From positions 1 through 29,556 of the IMG/VR virus record IMGVR_UViG_3300042894_006610: DNA of 29,556 nt; one strand, given 5' to 3'. The DNA comes from a virus. Its lineage: Duplodnaviria > Caudoviricetes. The position numbers and the translations under genes are program-made. Under the pieces are notes generated by a model. That model worked only from the letters and a program-made list of their open reading frames with translations, was not told the DNA's origin and did no database searches. This document shows positions 16,746 to 25,625 of this stretch, piece by piece; the first letter of the stretch is position 1; each line of letters starts with the position of its first letter.

Positions 16746-18611
16746 ATGCCAAAATTAAGTCTGTGGAGATCACAAAAATCTAACGATTACCGTTTCTTTG
16801 ATAAAACAATCAGAGAAATGTATACCGTTGGTGCAACTGATATATATGTTCACAAATACATTGGATCAAATAATACACCAAATAATGACCTTACCACACC
16901 TGTTTATGATCAGTTAAACCCAACCAATATACAAGATTTAATGTGGTTGGAAAATCGTGACAGAAAATATGATCCTAACATATATCGCATCAGAATGCAT
17001 TATAATGTTTCTAATATTGATTTTGATTTAAGTCAATTTGGTTTATTCTTAAGTAATGACACCATATTTTTAACGGTTCACTACAATGATATGATTGACA
17101 TATTAGGTAGAAAATTAATGGTAGGTGATGTTTTAGAACTACCTCATTTACTTGATTATCATCCATTAAATGAATCAATACCTACTGCACTACGTCGATT
17201 TTATCAAGTTACTGATGGTAACTTTGCTAGTGAAGGATTTAGTCAAACATGGTTTCCTCACTTATGGCGATTAAAAGCTGAACCGCTTGTTGACAGTCAA
17301 GAATTTGCTGATATTTTACGTCAACCTACTAATACAGATAATTACTTAGGTGATTGGGATCCTACCCAATCCTACGAACCAGGCTACACTGTTCTTTATG
17401 GCGATAAAATTTATACACCTAAACAACCTGTGCCACCAAATATAGCACCACCTGACCCTGCATATTGGGAACTAAGTACACAACAACAATTAAATGACAT
17501 TTTGAGCACATACAACAAAAATATTGAAATTAATAACACTAATCTTGCAGAAGCAGCAAGACTTGTACCTAAAGGTGGGTACAATCATGATCAGCTATAT
17601 GTCGTGCCAACCACCAATGACGGACAACCTGCACCACCTGTAAATATTATTGTTGGTGCTGATTCTCCAACACCGCTTAGAGGAACAATCAGTTATATAA
17701 CTAACAATCCCGTTGTTATTATTGGTGCTGCAGCACGTGAGGCTATGAAAAAGTTTGCACTTGATGCTAGTATGGATATAACGCTTGACCAATTTATCAG
17801 TATGTCATTGCAAGCTGTTGAATTAGAGCCTGAAAGAACTGACAATCAAAGTGGTCCTATGGTAGGAGAAGTAATTCTTACCGCACAATCCCTAGGACCT
17901 GTTACAGGACCGTATGGAACTGCAGACAATACCTATGCTAACGCAGATCAATACGTGTGGTTTAATGTTAAGGCATTAGGTCCAACTAACGTGCGTGGTT
18001 CCTATATATTGACCATTGAAAATACTGAACGTGATTTAAATGATTTATTATTAATGAGTGCTGAGGGTGCTTTAGTAAACCCATTTTTACCAAATACTAG
18101 AATTACAAATGTGATTAGTACATCAATGGTTGAACTAAATCAACCTATACAAAATGAAATTGCAGACGGACAGATTATTGTAGTGTCGAGTAATTTTGAT
18201 CGTATTATAACCCAAGAAATGGATTATCGTGCTGACGCAGATCCTAGATTTCATTTTATTAGACGCACATCACCAAAATCTTTTGGGTATATTAGTGGTT
18301 ATTTAGCGGGTGATGGTACAGCACCTAATGGTGAAGCCACACAAGCGGGTATTATGTTCCCTGCAAGTCCCAATGTTGGTGATTATTTTCTTAGAATTGA
18401 TTATCTACCACAAAAATTATTCAGATTTGATGGGGTATTATGGGTTGAAATTAGTCAAAACGTACGTACTGCAACAGGATTTACATTAGATGATCGTTCA
18501 CAATTAAGTTCGTTTATAAATAACGATTCAGTAGTACAAACAACTGATGGAACGTTGATACCAAGTCGCCAATCATTAAGTAATGCGCTTAGTATACAAC
18601 CTGATCAATAG
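16746..18611 (+). CDS. gp14: Neck/head-closure protein, T4 gp14-like, enlarged, with an internal CBM5/12-like module
   Basis: IQDL..LENRDRKYD, FDLSQFGLFL, GRKLMVGDVLELPHL, W.PHLWR pattern; position before the gp15-like gene. Confidence 0.65.
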   Translation: MPKLSLWRSQKSNDYRFFDKTIREMYTVGATDIYVHKYIGSNNTPNNDLTTPVYDQLNPTNIQDLMWLENRDRKYDPNIYRIRMHYNVSNIDFDLSQFGLFLSNDTIFLTVHYNDMIDILGRKLMVGDVLELPHLLDYHPLNESIPTALRRFYQVTDGNFASEGFSQTWFPHLWRLKAEPLVDSQEFADILRQPTNTDNYLGDWDPTQSYEPGYTVLYGDKIYTPKQPVPPNIAPPDPAYWELSTQQQLNDILSTYNKNIEINNTNLAEAARLVPKGGYNHDQLYVVPTTNDGQPAPPVNIIVGADSPTPLRGTISYITNNPVVIIGAAAREAMKKFALDASMDITLDQFISMSLQAVELEPERTDNQSGPMVGEVILTAQSLGPVTGPYGTADNTYANADQYVWFNVKALGPTNVRGSYILTIENTERDLNDLLLMSAEGALVNPFLPNTRITNVISTSMVELNQPIQNEIADGQIIVVSSNFDRIITQEMDYRADADPRFHFIRRTSPKSFGYISGYLAGDGTAPNGEATQAGIMFPASPNVGDYFLRIDYLPQKLFRFDGVLWVEISQNVRTATGFTLDDRSQLSSFINNDSVVQTTDGTLIPSRQSLSNALSIQPDQ

Positions 18612-18620
18612 GATTTAAAC

Positions 18621-20243
18621 GTGGCACAATTTTTTTATGATAAACAAGTCCGTAGATTTTTAATACAGTTTGCAAAAATCTTATCTAATTGGTACGTAGA
18701 AGATGGTACTGACCCTAACGGTAACCCCATTTTAAAACGTGTCCCCGTCATGTATGGTGATCAAAGTAGAAATGTTGCAAATATTATAAACAATAACAGT
18801 CCTAGTAATCTACCAACTGTTCCGCAAATTACCTATTATGTCAATGGGTTAACATACGAACAAAATAGAACACAAGACCCGTATTTTGTTGATAATCTTG
18901 CTGTACGTCAACGAACATATAACGAAGAAACACAAGAATATGAAACAACACAGGGCAATGCATTCAGTGTAAAACGTTTGATGCCTGTACCATATCGATT
19001 AAGTGTAACAGTTGATTTTTGGACAAGTAATTATAACCAAAAAATGCAATTGTTTGAACAACTTGGTGTATTGTTTAATCCATCATTGGAAATACAAAGT
19101 ACAGATAATTTTATTGATTGGACTTCACTAAGTGTAGTTTATCAAGAAAGTTTAAATTGGACAAGTAGATCCATACCTGTTGGCACTAGTAATCCTATCG
19201 ATATTATGACTTGGAAATTCTATATGCCAATATGGATATCAAGTCCAATAAAGGTTCAAAAACTTGGTATCATATATAAGGTTATTAATAGTATATACAA
19301 AGGTACTGCCTTAAGTGATATGCAAAATGATGACCTATTGTTAGGAACAAGACAAAAAGTAAGTCCATATGGTTATCAAACTTTATTATTAGGCAATACG
19401 TTACAAATTTTACCTGCAAATCAACCTGAATATTTAAGCAATGATGACTTAGAATTACCATCAAGTCCAAATACATCATTAAGTTGGCATGCAGTACTCA
19501 ATGCTTATGGCACCATCCGCCCAGGCATCTCTATGATTACTCTTGAAAATCCATACATGGATACAGAAATTATGGGAACTATATCCTATGATCCATTGGA
19601 TGATCGATTATTGAGTTATACAATTGACCCTGATACTATTCCATCAAACACATTACAACCAATTGATCGTGTTATAGACCCGCTAAGTCAAGGTCCTAAC
19701 GTAGGACTACCTGCCGCAACCACAGGAACACGTTATTTGATTACTAATGATATAGGTGATCCTAATACGATAAGTTTAGTGTGTAGTGAATCTGCGCCAT
19801 TAGCTGCGGGTGCTACAACCATCACAGTTAGTGGTTTGAATTTAGCTGCAAGTAACACTTGGGTTGGCAGTGTTTTAAGTGCAAGAAATGCTAGTGGACA
19901 ATCAATATTTTCAAATGGTACAGAAATAGTATCAATAAATTTAATTGCAAATACGATAACAATAGACAATCCTACTATTGCAATAATTAATAACGGTGAT
20001 AAAATAGTCACAACTACAAGAAATACTGCTAGTGCTTGGGGGGATGTTGTCGCATATCAAAATGACATTATAGAATATAATGGAACAAAATGGGTTGTAT
20101 CATTTAATAGTCGCACATCAACTACCCCACAATGGGTTGTTAACTTAAGAACAAGTGTACAGTATAGATATAGTCAAACTAATGGTTGGACTAAATCGTT
20201 TGAAGGTTTTTATGACCAAGGATCATGGAACATCGTAATATAA
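18621..20243 (+). CDS. gp15: Tail sheath stabiliser / tail terminator, T4 gp15-like, with C-terminal extension
   Basis: FFYDKQVRRFLIQF, RVPVMYGD, MPVPY.L....DFWTSN..QK.QL.EQ...LFNP; GTG start with AGGA SD. Confidence 0.8.
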   Translation: MAQFFYDKQVRRFLIQFAKILSNWYVEDGTDPNGNPILKRVPVMYGDQSRNVANIINNNSPSNLPTVPQITYYVNGLTYEQNRTQDPYFVDNLAVRQRTYNEETQEYETTQGNAFSVKRLMPVPYRLSVTVDFWTSNYNQKMQLFEQLGVLFNPSLEIQSTDNFIDWTSLSVVYQESLNWTSRSIPVGTSNPIDIMTWKFYMPIWISSPIKVQKLGIIYKVINSIYKGTALSDMQNDDLLLGTRQKVSPYGYQTLLLGNTLQILPANQPEYLSNDDLELPSSPNTSLSWHAVLNAYGTIRPGISMITLENPYMDTEIMGTISYDPLDDRLLSYTIDPDTIPSNTLQPIDRVIDPLSQGPNVGLPAATTGTRYLITNDIGDPNTISLVCSESAPLAAGATTITVSGLNLAASNTWVGSVLSARNASGQSIFSNGTEIVSINLIANTITIDNPTIAIINNGDKIVTTTRNTASAWGDVVAYQNDIIEYNGTKWVVSFNSRTSTTPQWVVNLRTSVQYRYSQTNGWTKSFEGFYDQGSWNIVI

Positions 20244-20665
20244 ATCGTTTAAACAATAGTGTTGGTATCCTATTTTGCGCTCTCAATACCAATCGACACT
20301 TGTTTTTACTTAGAAACGATAAAAAAATAAACACATGGGGATTGCCTGGTGGTAAGGTAGAGCGTGGTGAAAGTTTAAAAGAAGCATTACAAAGAGAATG
20401 CATTGAAGAAATACAATTTTGGAATCATGGATTAAAACTATTTCCTATTGAACAATTTACAAGTGAAGATAAACGATTTGTTTATCATACTTTTTATTCT
20501 TTTGTAGAAAACGAATTTGTACCTATTTTAAACAATGAACATCTTGGTTATTGTTGGATAGATTCTAATATATACCCACGTCCTTTGCATCGTGGTTTAT
20601 TTAATACATTAAATTATAAAATAATTCAACAAAAAATTGCATTAATACATGATGCTATAAAATAA
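20225..20665 (+). CDS. Nudix hydrolase
   Basis: Nudix box GGKVERGESLKEALQRECIEEI; LNNEH.GY.W. Confidence 0.9.
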   Translation: MEHRNINRLNNSVGILFCALNTNRHLFLLRNDKKINTWGLPGGKVERGESLKEALQRECIEEIQFWNHGLKLFPIEQFTSEDKRFVYHTFYSFVENEFVPILNNEHLGYCWIDSNIYPRPLHRGLFNTLNYKIIQQKIALIHDAIK

Positions 20666-20694
20666 AAAACCCACTATAAAGTGGGTTTCTTTTT
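20664..20694. terminator. Bidirectional intrinsic terminator between convergent genes
   Basis: AAACCCACT-ATAA-AGTGGGTTT stem-loop with an A-run before and a T-run after. Confidence 0.8.
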
Positions 20695-20706
20695 AAAATT
20701 ACATGT

Positions 20707-21228
20707 TTACTGACTTGGAATTTGAAGAATTGCCAAATTAGAACCAGGTTGTAGTGTTGCGTTAGCTGCAACAAATGAAACGTGATATGCTGTAGCATTT
20801 GCCATGTTACCAATACTATTTGCGTTAGCATAATCAGGAGCAAATCCTTCAGCGTGTGAATTAATAATACTGAAAATTGCAACATTTGCGTTAGATGCAT
20901 CAACACCTTGAATAGCCATTTGACCTGCTGATAAATTAGCTACGTTACCATCATCGACATTTGACAAAATGCAAACTTGTGTACGTGATGTATTAGCTAA
21001 ATTTGCGACTAAAAACTTTGATTTACCTTTTTGACGTACAATAAAAGCATCACCTGCTGCATATGAACTTGTAGCATATTGAATATTAGCGATACAAGCA
21101 ATTGTGTTACCACCGCTTACTGCACCTAAACCATTAGCACCACCAACGACACCAATATTACCAACTTCTGTTTGTGCGGGAATACCAACATCGATATTTC
21201 CTGTTTTTTGAATTTTAAGCTTTGCCAT
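20707..21228 (-). CDS. Putative virion structural protein
   Basis: 173-aa Ala/Asn/Gly-rich ORF with a FIVRQKG..KFLV motif; own TAAATA promoter, AAGGA SD and terminator. Confidence 0.7.
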   Translation of the reverse strand: MAKLKIQKTGNIDVGIPAQTEVGNIGVVGGANGLGAVSGGNTIACIANIQYATSSYAAGDAFIVRQKGKSKFLVANLANTSRTQVCILSNVDDGNVANLSAGQMAIQGVDASNANVAIFSIINSHAEGFAPDYANANSIGNMANATAYHVSFVAANATLQPGSNLAILQIPSQ

Positions 21229-21242
21229 TATAATTTCCTTTA

Positions 21243-21294
21243 GCTCGTTCTAGGAGCCATAACTACCCCATGTAATTATGAGTTCGCTTGGAAC
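21243..21294 (-). promoter_or_regulatory. Structured 5' leader with three abutting hairpins (candidate cis-regulatory RNA)
   Basis: GUUC-CAAGC-GAAC, CAUAAUUAC-AUGGG-GUAGUUAUG and GCUC-CUAGAAC-GAGC tile the space between promoter and SD. Confidence 0.5.
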
Positions 21295-21299
21295 AATTG

Positions 21300-21307
21300 T
21301 ATTTATC
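21300..21307 (-). promoter_or_regulatory. Putative late promoter GATAAATA
   Basis: TAAATA motif just after the stop of the upstream fibre gene. Confidence 0.6.
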
Positions 21308-21315
21308 TTAATTTA

Positions 21316-24300
21316 TTATATAGTTGTATTAGCAGTATTTGTAGATGGGAATGATCTACCTGTTCCCCATATAATACGTACTGCACCATTTCCACCTCTT
21401 TGGAAAGGAACTGCGAGATTTGGTTGTCCTCCACCCGAACCTCCTCCATAATCACCACCTATACCTGCATTATTTGGTCCAGGATTGCCGCCGTTTGCTC
21501 CTCCTGAACCTCCACCTCCACCAACATTTTGACCTGCCCCTGCACCTGATGGTCCTGATCCATATAAACTTACACCTCCACCACCAGCACCGCTAAACCA
21601 ACTAGAACCTGCTCCACCACCACCGCCACCGCCACCTGAGCCTGCAGTGCCATTAGCGGATGGGTTAGCCACACCACCTGAACCACCTGTTCCGCTGTAG
21701 CCACCTGCTCCACCTCCACCGCCACCTTTTTTATCCGATGGTCCTCCACTATATCCTGCACCACCTACACCCCCATTACCTCCACCATCTCCTGTATATG
21801 TACCCGCATTAGTTGTGCATTGAGCAAATCCACCGCCACCTCTTACAATACATGTTGAATTAAAATAACTATCTCCACCTGATCCTCCTATAGGAGCAGC
21901 CCCTGCAACTACTGTATAACTATTACCTGCAGTTACAGAAATATTATTTTTATAACCTAATCCTCCGCCTGATCCCCCAGGAATACCACAGTATGCATAT
22001 GAAGTCGCCCCACCACCGCCACCAACTGCAACTACACTAACACTTGAAACACCAACGGGTGCAACCCAAGTATAAGTTCCAGGTGTTGTGTATTCAGCTT
22101 GTGCATTAGCACCACTATATGTAATTGAATTACTTGCAGGACTTTGCGGTCCTGCTCCCGCCCCATTAATTGCATACACCTTAAATGTATAGGATGTTCC
22201 TGCAGTAAGTAAAAAGTTATTGCTATAAACGATATTACCACTACTTGCTTGATTTACACTTGCTATAACATTACCAGGTGTCGATATCGCTCTATGTTGA
22301 GTTATTGTACCTCCATTAGCACATGCTGCAGTAAAAGGTACTGTCACCGTACCCGTAGAAGTTGTTACTGTTCCTACAGTAGTTTGTAGTGGGTAATTTA
22401 TTGGTGCACCTGTCACGTTTGTTGATGGAAAAGCACGTCCTGCTCCCCATAAAATACGTACTGCCCCGTTTCCACCTCTACCATGCTCACCTATACTATT
22501 CGTGCATGTACCACCACCGCCACCACCATATAAACCACCCATAGCGTACGATGTACCAGGTGAACCCCCTGATCCTCCATTACCAACCGTGTTATATCCT
22601 CCCGAAGGACTTCCGTTTACATGTATGCCACCTGCCCCACTTGGTCCTTCACCATAAATTCCTGTACCTCCGCCTGGCTGACCCGCTCCATTACCCGCAG
22701 GTGGTGATGCAGTATAACCACCACCACCGCCACCACCACCGCCACCTGCACCACTACCACCATTACCAAACATACCGCCACCTTGACCGCCTGAGCCTGT
22801 ATAACCTCCTGCACCACCACCACCTGCTGATTGTCTATCGGCTGATAATCCTGGTGAACCACCTCCATTACCACCACCTGATGTGCCATATGAAGTTGAT
22901 ACAACGTACGATCCACCTTGTGAACCTAATCCGTTAGCAAATCCCCTCACTCCACCACCTGCACCAGCAGTAGGTATGTTAACAAAGTGACTACACCCAC
23001 CAGGTGAAGCTGAACCGCCGTTCGTACCGCCTCCCCCCACAACAACAGTATAGGAAGAATTTGCTGTAACAGGATATCCATTTAACCATACAAGTCCACC
23101 CCCGCCTCCGCCACCACCTCTTCTTAATCCAACACACAGTCTTCCATTACCACCTCCACCCCCACCTATGGCAACTACACTTATGTTAGATACCCCTACA
23201 GGCGCAACCCATGAATAGGTACCAGGTGTTGTATATGTTGCATCATCGTAATTCGGAGCACCTGCGGTTACGGTATTACTATTAGCTGAAATTGGACTAT
23301 TTCCTATGACATTAGTTGCATATACAGTGAAAGTATATGCTTGACCTGTAATAAATCCTGAAGAAATTACAATATTTCCACTACTTGCTTGACTTACAGA
23401 GGCAGTCAAATTATCAGGATAACTAACTGCAGTATGTGATGTGATTGGAGGTCCACCATTTGATGGTGCAGTAAATGGTATAGTTGCTACGTTTGCTGAA
23501 AAAGATGCTGTTCCTATAGTTGGCTGCGATGGAACCGTTCCAGGTATTGCACTATTTGATGCGGCACTATTTGGTGAATTACCTACACTATTTGTTGCAT
23601 ATACCACAAAAGTATAGCTTGTTCCTTGAGTAAGACCTGTTACAGTAATTGTTCCACTACTTGCTTGTGACACTGTTCCTGTTATTGACCCAGGCGTACT
23701 TACCGCTGTATAACTTGTTATTGCATTACCACCGTTACTTGACGATGCTGTATAGGTCACAGTTGCAGTTGTCGTATTAATTGGGGTTGCAGTGCCAATT
23801 GTTGGAGCAGTTGGTACCACTGCAGGTATAATAGAATTACTTGCTGCACTATTTGGCGAATCACCTACGCTATTTGTTGCTTTTACTACAAATGTATAGG
23901 AGGTTCCTGCTGTTAATCCACTTACACGTATAGTTCCACTGCTTGCTTGTGATATAGTTCCTGTAATAGAGCCAGGAGTGCTTGTCGCTGTATAACTTGT
24001 TATTGCATTGCCACCATCACTTGACGATGCTGTATATGTAACATCAATTTGTGTATTACTTCCGCTTACACGTGATGCTGTTCCAATTGTTGGAGCAGTT
24101 GGTACTACTGCAGGTGCGATTGAGTTACTTGCTGCACTATTAGGCGAATCGCCTACTGAATTAGTTGCTTTTACAATAAAAGTATAACTTGTTCCTTGTG
24201 TCAATCCACTTACACGTATTGTTCCACTGCTTGCTTGTGATATAGTTCCCGTAATTGATCCAGGTGTACTTGTGGCTGTATAACTTGTTATTGCATTACC

Positions 24301-25026
24301 ACCATTACTTGATGAAGCCGTATATGGCACATCAATTTGAGTGCCACTTCCACTTACACGTATTGCTGTACCAATTGTTGGAGCAGTTGGTACTATAGCA
24401 GGTGATATAGAATTACTTGCTGCACTATTTGGTGAATCACCTATCGCATTTGTTGCTTTTACTACAAATGTATAATTTGTACCTGATGTAAGCCCACTTA
24501 CACGAATCGTTCCACTACTAGCTTGTGATATAGTTCCCGTTATTGAGTCAGGTGTACTCGTAGCCGTATAACTTGTTATAGGAAGACCACCATTGTCAAC
24601 AGGTGCAGTGTAAGTAATATCAAGTTGAGTGTTACTTCCACTAACACGTGAAGCAGTGCCAATTGTTGGTGCACTTGGTACGACTGCAGGTATAATAGAA
24701 TTACTAGCAGCACTATTTGCTGAATTACCTATACTACTTGTTGCATATACAACAAATGTATAACTTGTCCCTTGTGTTAGTCCACTAACACGAATAGTTC
24801 CACTACTTGCTTGTGATATAGAACCTGTAATAGTATCAGGTGTACTTACTGCTGTATAACTTGTAATAGGTAACCCACCATTACTTGATGATGCAGTATA
24901 AGTGATATCAATTTGACTATTACTACCACTTACACGTGATGCTGTTCCAATAGTTGGTTCAGATGGAAGATAAAAAACTTCCATCTGCACAGCACCAATA
25001 GTTACGTTATTAAATGTTATACCCAT
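21316..25026 (-). CDS. Virion fibre/adhesin: 6 FN3-like repeats, Gly-rich domain, 1 FN3-like repeat, second Gly-rich domain (paralogue C)
   Basis: Same 96-aa repeat (QASSG codons at about 23936, 24224, 24512, 24800); two YTTPGTY.WVAPVGV...GGNGAVRI.WG domains. Confidence 0.85.
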   Translation of the reverse strand: MGITFNNVTIGAVQMEVFYLPSEPTIGTASRVSGSNSQIDITYTASSSNGGLPITSYTAVSTPDTITGSISQASSGTIRVSGLTQGTSYTFVVYATSSIGNSANSAASNSIIPAVVPSAPTIGTASRVSGSNTQLDITYTAPVDNGGLPITSYTATSTPDSITGTISQASSGTIRVSGLTSGTNYTFVVKATNAIGDSPNSAASNSISPAIVPTAPTIGTAIRVSGSGTQIDVPYTASSSNGGNAITSYTATSTPGSITGTISQASSGTIRVSGLTQGTSYTFIVKATNSVGDSPNSAASNSIAPAVVPTAPTIGTASRVSGSNTQIDVTYTASSSDGGNAITSYTATSTPGSITGTISQASSGTIRVSGLTAGTSYTFVVKATNSVGDSPNSAASNSIIPAVVPTAPTIGTATPINTTTATVTYTASSSNGGNAITSYTAVSTPGSITGTVSQASSGTITVTGLTQGTSYTFVVYATNSVGNSPNSAASNSAIPGTVPSQPTIGTASFSANVATIPFTAPSNGGPPITSHTAVSYPDNLTASVSQASSGNIVISSGFITGQAYTFTVYATNVIGNSPISANSNTVTAGAPNYDDATYTTPGTYSWVAPVGVSNISVVAIGGGGGGNGRLCVGLRRGGGGGGGGLVWLNGYPVTANSSYTVVVGGGGTNGGSASPGGCSHFVNIPTAGAGGGVRGFANGLGSQGGSYVVSTSYGTSGGGNGGGSPGLSADRQSAGGGGAGGYTGSGGQGGGMFGNGGSGAGGGGGGGGGGYTASPPAGNGAGQPGGGTGIYGEGPSGAGGIHVNGSPSGGYNTVGNGGSGGSPGTSYAMGGLYGGGGGGTCTNSIGEHGRGGNGAVRILWGAGRAFPSTNVTGAPINYPLQTTVGTVTTSTGTVTVPFTAACANGGTITQHRAISTPGNVIASVNQASSGNIVYSNNFLLTAGTSYTFKVYAINGAGAGPQSPASNSITYSGANAQAEYTTPGTYTWVAPVGVSSVSVVAVGGGGGATSYAYCGIPGGSGGGLGYKNNISVTAGNSYTVVAGAAPIGGSGGDSYFNSTCIVRGGGGFAQCTTNAGTYTGDGGGNGGVGGAGYSGGPSDKKGGGGGGAGGYSGTGGSGGVANPSANGTAGSGGGGGGGGAGSSWFSGAGGGGVSLYGSGPSGAGAGQNVGGGGGSGGANGGNPGPNNAGIGGDYGGGSGGGQPNLAVPFQRGGNGAVRIIWGTGRSFPSTNTANTTI

Positions 25027-25052
25027 AATAGATTTTAGATATTAAAAATTTT

Positions 25053-25505
25053 TTATGGATTTTGATTTTGCATTGAAGGTAATAAATATTCTGCTTCAGA
25101 ACGATGAACCCACTTCTGCAATGATTCATCCCACAAATATATCTCACCATCTGTAGGATAAGGAATAGGTGGATCAAAAGAACATGTTGCTTCGTTGAAT
25201 GTCCATGATTGATAGTTAGGAGCAATAGCAAATTGAGCTTTAATAAAATTTTGTTTATCGATTTTTTCTTGTTCAGTAAATTGTCTTATATCCCATACGT
25301 CTTTAACGATACCATCTACCCATTGATATGATAATCCTGTAATTTCTTCATAAGGACCTTCTGTAGGGCGAGCCACACGTTCAAAACGTGCAAATTCAGG
25401 TGGTAAATTGTTTACATCAACATTTGGAAATGCACTAACAAAATTGTCTAATAAAATTGGGTGTTCGTATGGTTGCCCATCTCTGATTTGAATAATTAAA
25501 TTCAT
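25053..25505 (-). CDS. Putative fibre assembly/chaperone-like protein
   Basis: 150 aa, acidic and aromatic, with SWTFNE.TC.FDPPIPYPTDG..Y.WDE....W motif; sits between two fibre genes; AAGGAG SD. Confidence 0.6.
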   Translation of the reverse strand: MNLIIQIRDGQPYEHPILLDNFVSAFPNVDVNNLPPEFARFERVARPTEGPYEEITGLSYQWVDGIVKDVWDIRQFTEQEKIDKQNFIKAQFAIAPNYQSWTFNEATCSFDPPIPYPTDGEIYLWDESLQKWVHRSEAEYLLPSMQNQNP

Positions 25506-25534
25506 ACTAACTCCTTAAGTTTAAATTTATATCG

Positions 25535-25542
25535 TATTTATC
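25535..25542 (-). promoter_or_regulatory. Putative late promoter GATAAATA
   Basis: TAAATA motif upstream of the AAGGAG SD at 25511-25516. Confidence 0.6.
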
Positions 25543-25625
25543 TTAATAATTTATTAATTAAAAACGATTGTCAGTGTAGATTTAGGGTGTTTCTCAATAA
25601 ACGTATATACTTAATAACAAAATTT

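Noticed and set aside
21570-22937. Short ORFs inside paralogue C Gly-rich domains
   Set aside because: Alternative-frame shadows of glycine codons
1414-25026. Diversity-generating retroelement acting on the variable tips
   Set aside because: No reverse transcriptase, no non-coding template repeat, and differences between copies are not adenine-specific
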